From contig CAWABA010000001.1 of NCBI GenBank assembly GCA_963780185.1, positions 64,001 through 128,000 of the forward strand: DNA of 64,000 nt. Direction: 5' to 3'. The notes beneath the pieces are model-generated. The model had not been told where the DNA came from, did not search any database, and saw only the letters and a list, made by a program, of their open reading frames with translations. Of the stretch, positions 50,958 through 62,102 are shown piece after piece. The DNA comes from Candidatus Bathyarchaeota archaeon. Its GTDB lineage: Archaea; Thermoproteota; Bathyarchaeia; Bathyarchaeales; Bathycorpusculaceae. The stretch's first letter is position 1. Every line of letters starts with the position of its first letter. The position numbers were made by a program, and so were the translations under genes.

Positions 50958-52402
50958 ATGAAAACTCGCATTACTCTTGTCAATCCGCCGTACCCTGCAG
51001 GTTCAGCCATCAGCATCCGCCTTTCATGCCGCTGGGCATCGGGTACTTGGGCGCTGTTTTGTACAAGAACCATTTTAACGTTAACGTGATTGATTGCCAA
51101 GCGCAAAAAATCACTCATAGCCGATTCGAGAGGAAATCGCAAAGTTCAGCCTGACATAGTCGGAGTCACATGCACCACGCTCACCTACAAGTCAGCGCTC
51201 AGAATCGTGAAGATAGCTAAGGAAGTTTGGCCAAATTGCATAATTGCAATCGGGGGACCCCACGTTACTTTCTGGGATGAAAAGGCGCTGCAAGAAGGAA
51301 CCCTCAATCGACGTCGTTGTCCGAAGGGAGGGCGAAGAACACGATTCTTGAGCTTGCACAAAGAGTCGAAAACGGCCAACCTTACTTCGACCTTGTCGGC
51401 ACCACTTGCAGAAACGGCGCGGCAACAGTGAAAAACCCTGACCGACCTCTTCTGGAAACCTAGACAGCTTGCCTTACCCAGCGCTTCACCTTTGGGAGCA
51501 CACCGCGAACCTGCGCAAGTACGGAACAATTCCATATCCCGTGATGACCAGTCGAGGATGCGTTTTCTGGTGCAACTTTTGCACGACTGTGCGAATGTTC
51601 GGCAGAAGATACCGCATGCGCAGCACAAAAAGCGTAGTCGACGAATTGGAGTATCTGCACAGAAACTATTATGCAAGCCAATTCACGTTTTACGACGACG
51701 CATTCACCGTAGATCAACCGCGAACCATGCAGATATGCGACGAAATCATCCGTAGAGGACTAAAAATCAAGTGGGATTGCGAAACCCGCGTTGACATGGT
51801 GTCCAAAGAACTCTTCGTCAAGATGCGTGAGGCAGGCTGCATAGCGGTTTGGTTCGGTGTTGAGTCAGGTTCAAAGAAGCTTCTAACAAGCATGGGCAAA
51901 GGGTTCTCGCTTGCCCAGACAAGACGGGCTTTCAAATGGGCGAAAGAGGCGGGGTTAATGACGGTTGCAGGCGTCATTTTGGGTTTTCCAGGCGAAACCA
52001 AAGAGACCGCTTGGGAAACAATCCGATTCGTGAAGGAGCTAAACCCCAACGACGTGGGCTTCTACATAGCGACGCCTTACCCGGGAACACCGCATGTACG
52101 AGGAAGTGAAAGCCAACGGCACGCTCAAAGTAACTGACTTCGACAAATACGACACCGCAACCCCAACCTTTGAAATCCCAAACATGACCATGCAGGAGCT
52201 ATCGCAGCTACGAGAACAAGCCTTCCAAAGCTTCTACCTTAGCCCAGCATACTTCGTCAGCGCACTTGGCATGTTTAGGCAAGGCAAAATGTGGGGTTTA
52301 GGCGCAACCCGACTGATTCTGGCTCATGCAAGACGGGCAATCAGAGCCAAGAGCAAACAGCATCATGAAGTAAAGAAGAACTTTGCAGGAGAACAACGCT
52401 AA
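50958..52402 (+). CDS. Cobalamin-dependent radical SAM enzyme (#7, several frameshifts)
   Basis: MKTRITLVNPPYP, GGPHVTFWD, SRGCVFWCNFC, FGVESGS, DVGFYIATPYPGT. Confidence 0.85.
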
Positions 52403-53775
52403 ATTGATTCTGCTCATGACCACCGCGCCGCCGGAAAAGTCGCCTTGGGGCATGCCTGGGAAGACTTCCTCCGCTGGGTTTGGCTTATGTCGCGGCGGTT
52501 CTGGAGAAAGGCGGCTTTCAGGTTGAAATCTACGACAACTACCTGCTTGAGCGACCCATCGAAGAAGTCAAATCCGAAATAAAAAAGCGGTCGCCGGAAA
52601 TCGTCGGCATCACCTGCAATTCCCTGTCTTATGAGCGTTGCGTCGAATTGGCTAAAGCAGTCAAAGAGGCGGTTCCTTCCTGCCGCGTCGTCGTCGGCGG
52701 TCCCCACGCTTCGTACATGCCTCAGACCCTTCTGCAGCACCCGGAAATCGATTATGTGGTTGTCGGCGAGGGTGAACAAGCGATGGCTCAGCTTGCCTCC
52801 AGCATAGCGAAAGGCGAAAAAGCCTCTGCGGCGGCGCAGATTCCTGGGGTAGCATGCATGGTCGGCGGCGAAATTGTGAAGAGTGCGCCTCAATTCATCA
52901 GCGATTTGGATACGGTTCCTTTTCCCGCTCGTCACCTGCTGCCGATGCGGATGTACCACCGTGAACTAAGCTATTTGACGGTTAAACCTGTTGACACCAT
53001 GAGCGTACACCGCGGTTGCCCCTATCGGTGCGCTTACTGCGAAACCAGGGAGCTTTGGGGGTCAGCTTGCCGAGCGTTTTCGCCTCAGCGAGTCATAGAC
53101 GAAATCCAGCATATGACCCAGACCTACGGCACACGGGGCATCTACTTTGTCGGCGACAACTTTACCATCAACAAAAAACGCACCTCCGAGCTGTGCCGCC
53201 TCATAAAAAGCAGCAAGCTGGACTTGAAATGGACCTGCGAAACCAGAGCCGACCTCATCAACAAAGAGCTGCTGACTGAAATGAAGTCCGCCGGGTGCCA
53301 AACCATGTTTTTCGGCGTCGAATCGGGTTCACCCAAAATCCAGCAGAAGCTCAACAAGGGCATTGATTTGCAGGAGGTTGTGAAGGCGTTTGAGCTTTGC
53401 AGAGAAGTGGGTGTGCAGACTGTGACTTCTTTTATGCTTGGGATTCCAGGCGAAACCGTCGCCGACATGAATGAAACCTTCAACTTCGCCAAAAAGCTGA
53501 AGGCGGATTGGTGCCAATTCAACATTTACATCGCTTGCCCAGGCAGCGTGCTCTACGACGAAGTAGTAAGCAAAGGCCTCTACGACCAAATGTACGGCTA
53601 CCTCGCGCGAGTAAAAACCGACCAGTTCGACTACGACATGCTCACGAAGATTCAGAGGGATTTTCAGCGAAGCTTCCAGAAATCCGCCGCCCAAAACTTC
53701 ATGCGGGTGGTAAAGCGGGACGGCTTAGGCAGCGCAGTCAAAAAAGGCGCATCAATGGTTTTTCGCCGCTCATAA
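52383..53775 (+). CDS. Cobalamin-dependent radical SAM enzyme (#8, one frameshift near 52460)
   Basis: LILLMTTAPPE...RLPPLGLAYVAA, GGPHAS, HRGCPYRCAYC, FGVESGS; close paralog of #6. Confidence 0.88.
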
Positions 53776-53931
53776 AAAGGGATTTATTCACCCGAAAAGG
53801 CGTTCAAACTTTAGCGTGGTTTCTTGTTTTAGCATTTGCACGCGAATGCGCCGACTTTGACGCGAAACTAGACAACTATATTAACGCGTGGAGTTAATCT
53901 AACTAAAATATTACAAATTTAGGGGAGAAAA

Positions 53932-55368
53932 ATGAAAACTCACGTAACCCTTGTCAACCCACCCTACCCCGGCCACTCATTTCCGCATCCGCCCTTCCCG
54001 CCGCTGGGTCTCGGCTACGTCGCCGCTGTTTTAGAGCAGAACAAATTTGTCATTGACGTCGCCGACTGCCTCGTGATGGGCACAGGCTACGAAGGTTTGA
54101 AGCAGGAACTCGGCAAACGGAAACCAGACATTGTCGGCTGCACATGCAACACGCTCACCTACAAGTCTGCGCTCCTGTGTTTGAAAGCCGCTAAGGAAGC
54201 CTTGCCGAACTGCGTAACCGTCATCGGCGGACACCACGTAACCTTTGAAGACGAGCAGGCGCTAAAAGATGCCGCTCACTTGGACGTGGTTATCAGGAAC
54301 GAAGGTGAATACACCATGCTGGAGCTTGCTCAGCGAGTGGAAGCAGGCAAAGATTACCGCGACGTAATCGGCACAACCGTGCGAAGCAAAGACGGCGCAA
54401 TCGTGAGGAACCCTAAAAGAGCCCACATCGAAAACCTCGATGAACTTCCGTTCCCAGCCCGTCACATGTGGCCGCTGGAAGCCACTTCAAAGTACGGCAG
54501 AGTAATGTTTGACATCATAGCAAGCCGCGGCTGCTCCTTCGCCTGTGACTTCTGCATAGAAGTACGAATGCATGGACAAAAATTCCGAAAACGCAGCGTG
54601 GAGAACGTCTGCGCCGAACTTGAACAATGCAAAAAAGACTTCGGCGCCACCTGGTTCAGCTTTGTCGACGCCGCATTCACAGTAGACCAACAATTCACCT
54701 CTGATTTATGCGACGAAATCATCAAACGAAACCTCAACATCAACTGGGTTGCCGGAACCCGCGTTGACATGGTTACCAAAGAACTTCTGCAAAAGATGGC
54801 TCAGGCAGGCTGCAAATCCATGTGGTACGGCGTCGAATCCGGCGCACAAAACGTCCTCAACGAAATGCGCAAAGGCATCACGTTGGAGCAAACCAAGAAG
54901 GCGTTCGCGTGGACTGTTGAGGCGGGAATGAAGCCTGACCCCAACGTTGTGTTGGGTTTCCCAGGTGAAACCAAAGAGTCCGCGTGGGCAACCATAAAGC
55001 TCTGTCAGGAAATCGCCCCATACTACATGGCTTCCTACACCATAGCCACACCGTACCCAGGCACGCCACTCTACTACCAGGTTAAAGAGAAGGGCTATCT
55101 GAAAGACACAGACTTCGACCACTACGACACCGCTACACCCACCTTCGAAACCCCCACAATGACGATTCAAGAACTCCGCAAGCTCCGCGCCAAAGCGTGG
55201 TCAAGCTTCTACGAGCGACCAAGCTACATCCGCGCCATGTTCAAAAAAGGATTCATCTACGGGTTAGCCGCGATGAAAGCAGCCGTCACCTACAGGATCA
55301 TAGACCTCAGAATCGCCCTCCAACCCAACAGGGTACCGCCGAAGCCACCGTCAAAAAGCCACTTCTAA
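53932..55368 (+). CDS. Cobalamin-dependent radical SAM enzyme (#9)
   Basis: NPPYP...PLGLGYVAA, GGHHVT, SRGCSFACDFC, YGVESG, TPYPGT. Confidence 0.92.
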   Translation: MKTHVTLVNPPYPGHSFPHPPFPPLGLGYVAAVLEQNKFVIDVADCLVMGTGYEGLKQELGKRKPDIVGCTCNTLTYKSALLCLKAAKEALPNCVTVIGGHHVTFEDEQALKDAAHLDVVIRNEGEYTMLELAQRVEAGKDYRDVIGTTVRSKDGAIVRNPKRAHIENLDELPFPARHMWPLEATSKYGRVMFDIIASRGCSFACDFCIEVRMHGQKFRKRSVENVCAELEQCKKDFGATWFSFVDAAFTVDQQFTSDLCDEIIKRNLNINWVAGTRVDMVTKELLQKMAQAGCKSMWYGVESGAQNVLNEMRKGITLEQTKKAFAWTVEAGMKPDPNVVLGFPGETKESAWATIKLCQEIAPYYMASYTIATPYPGTPLYYQVKEKGYLKDTDFDHYDTATPTFETPTMTIQELRKLRAKAWSSFYERPSYIRAMFKKGFIYGLAAMKAAVTYRIIDLRIALQPNRVPPKPPSKSHF

Positions 55369-55489
55369 ACACATCAAACCTAAACGTCACACCTGTGCCT
55401 AATTTCTTGTCTTCCAGCAAGCTGAAGCGCCGCTCCTACAATTCGAGCTAAAGCAGGATTTTAACTTTTAAAACGCGAGATTTTCCTGG

Positions 55490-56202
55490 CTATATCTTAT
55501 CTTGAATATTAAATATTGCATGCCTGCCAACAAGTTTAATCATTATCTTCTCGACTTGACTTCTTGTTTTCCGGTCTTTTATAATTACATAAGCAAATGT
55601 CTCGGCAGTAGGGGGCCTGAACCAGTAGTTTTGTTCATACTCTTTAATGCGTCGTGTTAAGTCTTCTGTCTCGCCTATTCTTACAGGGGCATTTAATGAG
55701 TCATAAAAAACGTAAACACAAGGAATATCACCTTTACCGATGTTTTCTTGCCATTTGTTAATTGGAAAAGGTCCCAGATACTGAAATTCACCTACTTCTC
55801 TTCCTTCTTCGACGTCTTTGACCAATCTGCCAGGTAGATTTCCTAACGCATTTTCCAATTTCTTTAGGTAGCTTCTTGAGGGCTTTTTGTTGTGCCGTTT
55901 TCTATGAAATAAATTGTCAGTGGACTAATGCCAGCTTTCTCTGCAAGCTGATCCCGACTCAGACCATTTTTTTCACGTTGTTCTTGCAACCACTCGCCTA
56001 AGTCTATATCCAAAAAATTTTCATCGATGTCTGATTCTAATATCGCTGAAAGTTTTTGTAGAGTTTCGTTATTGGGTTGAACCCCGCCGCCTTCCCATTG
56101 TGAGACAAGTGGCTGCGAAATCCCCATTTTATCAGCTAATTGCTGTTGACTAAGCTTTGACTTCATTCTGCTGTTTTTAAGCCACTCTGAGATTTTTGTC
56201 AT
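55490..56202 (-). CDS. Tandem XRE-HTH plus GIY-YIG nuclease fusion (split by a 1-bp indel near 55866)
   Basis: LSQQQLADKMGISQPLVSQWEGG and LSRDQLAEKAGISPLTIYFIENG, then PCVYVFYD...VRIGETEDLTRRIKEY. Adding one C gives QEATLKKLENALG. Confidence 0.75.
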
Positions 56203-56378
56203 GCGGCATCCTACTTAGCCAGTAGTTATGAGAATAACTAAATAAGGCTATAGTCAGGGGTGAGTAATAATCGTCAGCTTGTTTCCTGTTTTAGCATACC
56301 TCGATCAGGATAGATAGAGATTCTAAGCATAGTTGGGTAAGCTTAAGCAACTTGGATTTATCGCCAATTTTGCGTACT

Positions 56379-56672
56379 CTATATTTTTTGGTTGATTGTT
56401 TCCAAAATGTCTTTGTAGGCTTTGATTGGGGTTTCTTTGTCGTGTACGCCTTTGATGAGCATGCGTCCGCCGTCGAAAAGGCTCACATCAAGCTTGACGT
56501 AGTCGAACATTAGGCACATGGGGGATTTTACGCGGATTTTGCAGCTTTTCTTGATTTTTTCGCAGGCGTCGTTCATGTTGATTTTTAGGGGTTGCGCTGG
56601 AGTAATATCCGCTGTTGTTCCTCCGCAGAGCCAAACCACACTGAGGTTGCCGACAACTTCTTTTTCAACCAT
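56379..56672 (-). CDS. Stand-alone domain resembling the C-terminus of ThiF/MoeB-family proteins
   Basis: WLCGG and VSLFDGGRMLIKG motifs. Confidence 0.5.
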   Translation of the reverse strand: MVEKEVVGNLSVVWLCGGTTADITPAQPLKINMNDACEKIKKSCKIRVKSPMCLMFDYVKLDVSLFDGGRMLIKGVHDKETPIKAYKDILETINQKI

Positions 56673-56758
56673 CCAGCCTCAACTCCAGCCTTGATACAGT
56701 TTTAGGCGTAGGTTTGCTTAATCAACATTGCCATAAAACGGCTAAAAAACTTGGTTTC

Positions 56759-57505
56759 TCATGTGGGGCTGGCTTGGTCTTTGGGTTTAAGGGTGGCTTC
56801 TTCGACGTCCATGTAGAAGAAGTCTCCTTCGCGGAACGGGGAACCGCCAAAATCGACGACTTTGCTTTTCTTGGTGAATTTGGTTATTTCGACGTGTTGC
56901 TTAAACAGCGGCGCATCAAGCGATGTGGAATGGTACTCTCCTGGCTCACCCGAGACGTCGATGCCTTTGCCTGCGGGGCCAACCAGGGGCTGCATGTCTT
57001 CGATGCATTTGCGGTCTATTTGCCTGCCCAGCCACTCCTCGCCAAAGTATCTTTTGTCGATGCAGCTCAGAATCGCTTTTACGCCTGTGGTCTGCTCCAT
57101 TTCCATGATGCGTTTTCGGTGGCGGTTGCCTGGAATGAGGTTGAGCGGGCGGTCCCAAAGAGGCATAATGAGTTGGACGCCGAGTTTTTTGCAGGCGTCT
57201 TTCCAGACGCGGCGGTGGTGTACGTTGTCGATGTCGCCTGTGACGATGGCTTGGGCTCCCTCTTCCTTATGCAGCCGCTCCAATGTTCTCATGATGTCGT
57301 CGTAGCGGTTGTCAGTGATTTTGACGAATTGGTGGGGCATGCCTAATGCTTTGGCTTGTTGCTCGATGACTTTGAGGCTGTGGAAAACGTAGGGTTCCAT
57401 GTAAACGTACGTGACTAGGGACGCTACTTCGTGACCCTGCTCAACGACTTTATGCAGCGCCGTGCAGCAGTCTTTTCCGCCGCTCCAATGAACAATAACC
57501 TTCAT
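56759..57505 (-). CDS. Dph6-like PP-loop ATPase, paralog 3
   Basis: VHWSGGKDC, QAKALGMP, IVTGDI, MPLW, WLGRQID, GEPGEYHSTSLDAPLFK. Confidence 0.85.
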   Translation of the reverse strand: MKVIVHWSGGKDCCTALHKVVEQGHEVASLVTYVYMEPYVFHSLKVIEQQAKALGMPHQFVKITDNRYDDIMRTLERLHKEEGAQAIVTGDIDNVHHRRVWKDACKKLGVQLIMPLWDRPLNLIPGNRHRKRIMEMEQTTGVKAILSCIDKRYFGEEWLGRQIDRKCIEDMQPLVGPAGKGIDVSGEPGEYHSTSLDAPLFKQHVEITKFTKKSKVVDFGGSPFREGDFFYMDVEEATLKPKDQASPT

Positions 57506-57702
57506 TCTAACTTAACACCTAAAGTTAATTTTGACCTGTTAACTGATGGATAAACATCCGAAACCTAATAAGCGTTTACAGAAACTGGTTCACATGACCT
57601 TAACTGTGCATTCGGCAAATTTCTTTGCGGTCGAACTCTTTCTTGTGGCAGGGCTGTTTTCGTAATTCTTAAATATCGTCGCGGGACTGTATTTATTCAG
57701 CT

Positions 57703-59214
57703 TTGAAGGCAAAGCAGGAATCATTCTTGAAAGAAACTTTTACTTCAAATCAAGGTGTTGCGGTCTCAGATGACCAAAATTCCCTTACAGTCAGCAACAA
57801 CGGGCCAGTCGTTTTCCAAGATGTCCACCTGATTGAGAAGCTTGCGCATTTCAACCGTGAACGCATCCCTGAAAGAATCGTCCACGCCAAAGGAGCAGGC
57901 GCAGGAGGCTACTTTGAAGTAACCCGCGACGTAACCAAATACACCAAAGCCAAATTCCTCAGCGAAGTCGGCAAACGAACCGAGGTTTTCGCAAGGTTCT
58001 CCACTGTTGGCGGCGAAAAAGGCTCAGCCGACGCAGAACGCGACCCACGCGGGTTCGCCGTGAAATTCTACACTGAAGACGGCAACTACGACCTTGTCGG
58101 AAACAACACGCCCGTGTTCTTCATCCGCGACCCCTTAAAGTTTCCAGACTTCATCCACACGCAGAAACGCAACCCAGGAACAAACCTCAAAGACCCGAAC
58201 ATGTTCTGGGATTTTCTGTCGTTGACGCCTGAGTCGATTCATCAAGTAACAATTTTGTTCTCTGACAGGGGAACACCTCGCTCTTTCCGTCACATGAACG
58301 GGTACGGAAGCCACACCTTCAAATGGTACAATGAGGGTGGCGAAGTCTTCTGGGTGAAGTACCACTTCAAAACCGACCAAGGCGCACAAAACCTAACCCG
58401 CCAAGAAGCCGAACACATAAAAGGCACAGACCCAGACCACGCCACACGCGACCTTTTCAACGCCATAAAAGAAGGCAACTTCCCCTCTTGGACGCTGCAA
58501 ATGCAAATAATGCCCCTCAAAGACGCCGCAAACTACCGTTTCGACATCTTTGACGTCACCAAAGTTTGGCCTCACAGCGATTATCCGCCGATGGATGTTG
58601 GCAAAATGGTGCTCAACCGCAACCCTTCGAATTACTTTGCTGAAGTGGAGCAGGCGGCGTTTTCACCCGCAAACTTTGTGCCCGGCATCGCGGCTTCACC
58701 TGACAAGATGCTTCAGGGACGACTCTTCGCCTACAACGACGCCCACAGATACCGTCTCGGAGCCAACTACCTTCTGCTGCCCGTCAACCAGCCTAAAGGC
58801 GTCAAAGCCATGAACTATCAGCGGGACGGAGCCATGCGCTTCGACGGCAACCAAGCAGACGCACCCAACTACTACCCCAACAGCATGGGCGGACCCGAAC
58901 CCAACCCGCAAGCGGCGGAACCAGCGTTTGAAGTTTCAGGCAAAGTCGAGCGGCAACCATACACGCACCCCAACAGCGACTTTGTGCAGCCAGGAGACCT
59001 CTACCGAAAAGTCATGACGGACATCGACCGCGAACACCTCATCGGCAACATCGTGTCTCACCTGGGCAACGCAAGCAAAGACATCCAGCTTAGGCAGCTT
59101 CAAATCTTCTACAAAGCCGATCAAGAATGGGGGCAACGCGTCGCCGAAGGCTTAGGCATAACCCTGCCAAAAACGATGGAAAACCCAGTTTCCACTCCCC
59201 TTATGGCTCCATAA
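57703..59214 (+). CDS. katA: Monofunctional heme catalase (small subunit)
   Basis: [17 protein letters not shown] active-site motif, [12 protein letters not shown], and [16 protein letters not shown] proximal-ligand motif. Confidence 0.97.
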   Translation: MKAKQESFLKETFTSNQGVAVSDDQNSLTVSNNGPVVFQDVHLIEKLAHFNRERIPERIVHAKGAGAGGYFEVTRDVTKYTKAKFLSEVGKRTEVFARFSTVGGEKGSADAERDPRGFAVKFYTEDGNYDLVGNNTPVFFIRDPLKFPDFIHTQKRNPGTNLKDPNMFWDFLSLTPESIHQVTILFSDRGTPRSFRHMNGYGSHTFKWYNEGGEVFWVKYHFKTDQGAQNLTRQEAEHIKGTDPDHATRDLFNAIKEGNFPSWTLQMQIMPLKDAANYRFDIFDVTKVWPHSDYPPMDVGKMVLNRNPSNYFAEVEQAAFSPANFVPGIAASPDKMLQGRLFAYNDAHRYRLGANYLLLPVNQPKGVKAMNYQRDGAMRFDGNQADAPNYYPNSMGGPEPNPQAAEPAFEVSGKVERQPYTHPNSDFVQPGDLYRKVMTDIDREHLIGNIVSHLGNASKDIQLRQLQIFYKADQEWGQRVAEGLGITLPKTMENPVSTPLMAP

Positions 59215-59349
59215 GCTTAAGCGCAACATCGAAATTCAGCAGATTCACACAAACATCCCTTAAGATAGCTGCCCCTCCAAACTCCATTTTCTTTGCGAAA
59301 ACATTTCGTTTTTTATGGTGCGTTCCAGTTTTCGCGTTTTTCAAATAAT

Positions 59350-60219
59350 TTAGGTATCGGTGCCATGAGAAAGGGTGATTCTTCGTTTTCTAAAGTAAAT
59401 CAGCAGAGCAATAATCACCGCCAGCAAGAACGCAATTGCTACCAAAGCTATGGTGGTTATGAGCAGGAGTGATGCGTAGGAAGTACTGCTGACAGTTGTT
59501 GAGGTTTTCGTTTGAGTTGGGGTTTGAGTTGATGTCGAATATGATGGGGCGGGGGTAGGGCTTGGGGAAATGCTTGTGGGTATGGTTATTGTTTGTGAAT
59601 TACTCCACTCGCTTGTAACACCTATAAGTGCCGTATGGGAACCAAACAATGATTCCTCAAATTTATTGTATCCATTAACTGCTTGCACTTGAAATTCTAT
59701 TGAAGCCCCCGATTCAAAGTTGAAACTTCGTTCATAATAAGATACAAATGAGTAGCCTTGCACCATTTGCTGTGTTTCACCTATCTCAAAAGAACCGTAA
59801 GTGCCTGAAAAGGTTAGAGTCGATGCCCCGCCAGAAGATTTTGAAAGAGTTCCATTGAAATCTTCTTCATAAATATAAGACCAGCCAGTTGCGTAAGGCG
59901 TCGTGTACCTGATAACGTAATCGGTGGCATCAGGTTGATTCTGAATTGTGAAGGTGAGATTCTCACGATTTACAAAGTAGCCGGCGTTAGTGATTTTAGC
60001 GCCTGTTTGCGGGTCAGTGGAATAGGTCGTGGGCACAGCGTAAGACGTGTTTGTAAGTGTGATTGTGAAGGTTGGAGTGGATGGTACACAAAGTGTGTTC
60101 AGGTTGGGAGTAGGCGTTGGCGTAGGGGTCTGGGCAAACGCTGGTTTAGCCATTATAAGAATTGATGCAGCTAAGATAAGGACAAGAAGTACCGAGAAAC
60201 TCTTCTTGAGGCTGCCCAT
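59350..60219 (-). CDS. Secreted, C-terminally anchored hypothetical protein
   Basis: Signal MGSLKKSFSVLL...AFA, SY.VPTTYSTDP.TG, FQVQA, S/T-rich linker, TM helix plus RKRR. Confidence 0.75.
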   Translation of the reverse strand: MGSLKKSFSVLLVLILAASILIMAKPAFAQTPTPTPTPNLNTLCVPSTPTFTITLTNTSYAVPTTYSTDPQTGAKITNAGYFVNRENLTFTIQNQPDATDYVIRYTTPYATGWSYIYEEDFNGTLSKSSGGASTLTFSGTYGSFEIGETQQMVQGYSFVSYYERSFNFESGASIEFQVQAVNGYNKFEESLFGSHTALIGVTSEWSNSQTITIPTSISPSPTPAPSYSTSTQTPTQTKTSTTVSSTSYASLLLITTIALVAIAFLLAVIIALLIYFRKRRITLSHGTDT

Positions 60220-60350
60220 GTTTGGTCTTAAAGAAGGTTGGCGATAAAAAGCTTCCCCAAATTCTAACTTTAATTCATTTTGCCGCAGGGATTCTGCGTT
60301 TGAAAACTGCGACTCTATAAAATCCCTTAAAGGTTTCGAACTGAAGACGT

Positions 60351-61464
60351 TTAACACTCGATAATCAGTTTTATTGCATTGACGAGTTTTTGGTTGTCTT
60401 TGGCTGAGCGCACCGTAACTCGGAAGTACTTGTCGTCCAGGCCCATGAAGGTGCAGCAGTCCCGGATAAGCATACGCTCCTTAATCAGCGCTTCTTTGAG
60501 CTTGGTTGATGTGACTTTGCCGTTTTCGATTTTCACCAGCAGAAAGTTGGTTACGGACGGGTAAACGTGGAAGCCTTCGATTTCGCCCAGGCCTTTGGCA
60601 AGAGCGGCTCTTTCTTTGTTGATGGTTTTCTTTGTGTTTTCGATGAATTCTGTGTCGCCGAAAGCCGCCAGCGTCGCGCAGCTTGCAAGGCTGTTTATGC
60701 TCCAGGGCAAACGCACATTCTCCAGTTTCCCAACCATCGCTCGGCGAAGCTAACCCGTAGCCCAGGCGTATGCCTGCCATGCCGTAGAATTTGGTAACTG
60801 AGCGAATCACGAAGAGGTTGTCGTATTCTTTGACCATGCCAGCCAAAGTGGTTTCTTCGCCTTGATCGGCAAATTCAATGTAGTTTTCGTCCACGCTGAA
60901 TATGACGTCTTTTTTGTGGCAGAAATCAACCAGCTCCAAAACCTCTTCTTTGCTGTAGAGTCTTCCTGAGGGGCTGTGGGGGTTGCAGATGGAGAGGATT
61001 TTTGTTTCAGGCGTTATTGCCTGCTTTATTTTTTCGTTGTCCATGGCGAATCCGTCTGGCAACTGCAGAAACGTGACTTCGCTGCCTACCCGAAGCGCCG
61101 CCTTCTCGTATTCGCTGAATGATGGGATAGGAATTAGTGCTTTGAAGCCTCGGGGCAGGATTTCGGTTATGGCGTAGATGAGTTCGATTGAGCCGTTGCC
61201 TAAAACCACGTTTTCTTCGCCGACGCCGTGTCCCACGTATTTGGCTATTTGCGCTTTGAATTCGACTGGGTTTGGGTCGGGGTAGAATTTGATGAGTTTC
61301 GCCTGTTGCTTGACGGCTTCGACGGCTTTAGGTGAGGGTCCTAAAAAGTTGATGGGTCCGCTGAACTCCAGCACTTCATCTAACGGGACGTTGTATTTTC
61401 GGCTGAAGCCCCAGATGTCTCCGCCGTGACTGACGAATCTGCGTTCCCTACATTGACCCTGCAG
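60351..61464 (-). CDS. cobD: L-threonine-O-3-phosphate decarboxylase / HisC-like PLP enzyme (frameshift near 60740; start uncertain)
   Basis: HGGDIW, FSGPINFLGP, YPDP, GNGSIELI, CNPHSPSG, VDENY, RSVTKFYGMAGIRLGY, PWSIN, IRDCCTFMGL. Confidence 0.8.
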
Positions 61465-62023
61465 CTTTGTTTTCCTCCATCAACCTTGCGATTTCTTTTT
61501 CAACTACAACGTGAGCTTTAAAGTGGGCATTGTACAGGTTAGTAACCTTGTATAGCCAGTAGATTCCGCCCACGCCGAGCGTAACAATTGTTATTAAAAC
61601 ATATGTTTTTATCGGTATCGTCTGCGGCATAAACATCCGCTCTGGAAAAGCAGAAGCAAGAAAAGCATCTTGGCTTCGCTCATGCACCAGCAAATCCCTA
61701 GACAACATGTAAGTGATGATGAAAGCTGGAATAATTAGTATGATGCTGGCTGCCCAAACCTTCGAGTTTCTTTCAGGGAAAACCGCACTTGCAGCAGGCA
61801 CCTGACCCCCCTTGCCTTTGCTCTTGAGATAATCAGCAACCTGCTTCTCCAATTCCGCCTCATGGCTAAAATGCCTATTTCTTCCCTCAACCAAACGGTA
61901 AAACATTGGGAAAAACGCTGCTCCAAAGGTTACGATGGCTGAGAGGAACCACATGGAAAACCAAAGTTTCCTGTCAGCGCCAACTTTGCTTTGGATAGCG
62001 GTTTGCATCTGGTTACTTTCCAT
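61448..62023 (-). CDS. DUF4234-like membrane protein
   Basis: Two repeats LSAIVTFG..F / LITIVTLG..GIYWLYK...N.H. Confidence 0.65.
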   Translation of the reverse strand: MESNQMQTAIQSKVGADRKLWFSMWFLSAIVTFGAAFFPMFYRLVEGRNRHFSHEAELEKQVADYLKSKGKGGQVPAASAVFPERNSKVWAASIILIIPAFIITYMLSRDLLVHERSQDAFLASAFPERMFMPQTIPIKTYVLITIVTLGVGGIYWLYKVTNLYNAHFKAHVVVEKEIARLMEENKAAGSM

Positions 62024-62102
62024 TCGGGTGCTTACAAGGTTGGAGCACCCAAACTTTATAAGGTCTTCCATTGGCATCTAAGAATAAATTGAGCGAGGGG
62101 AA

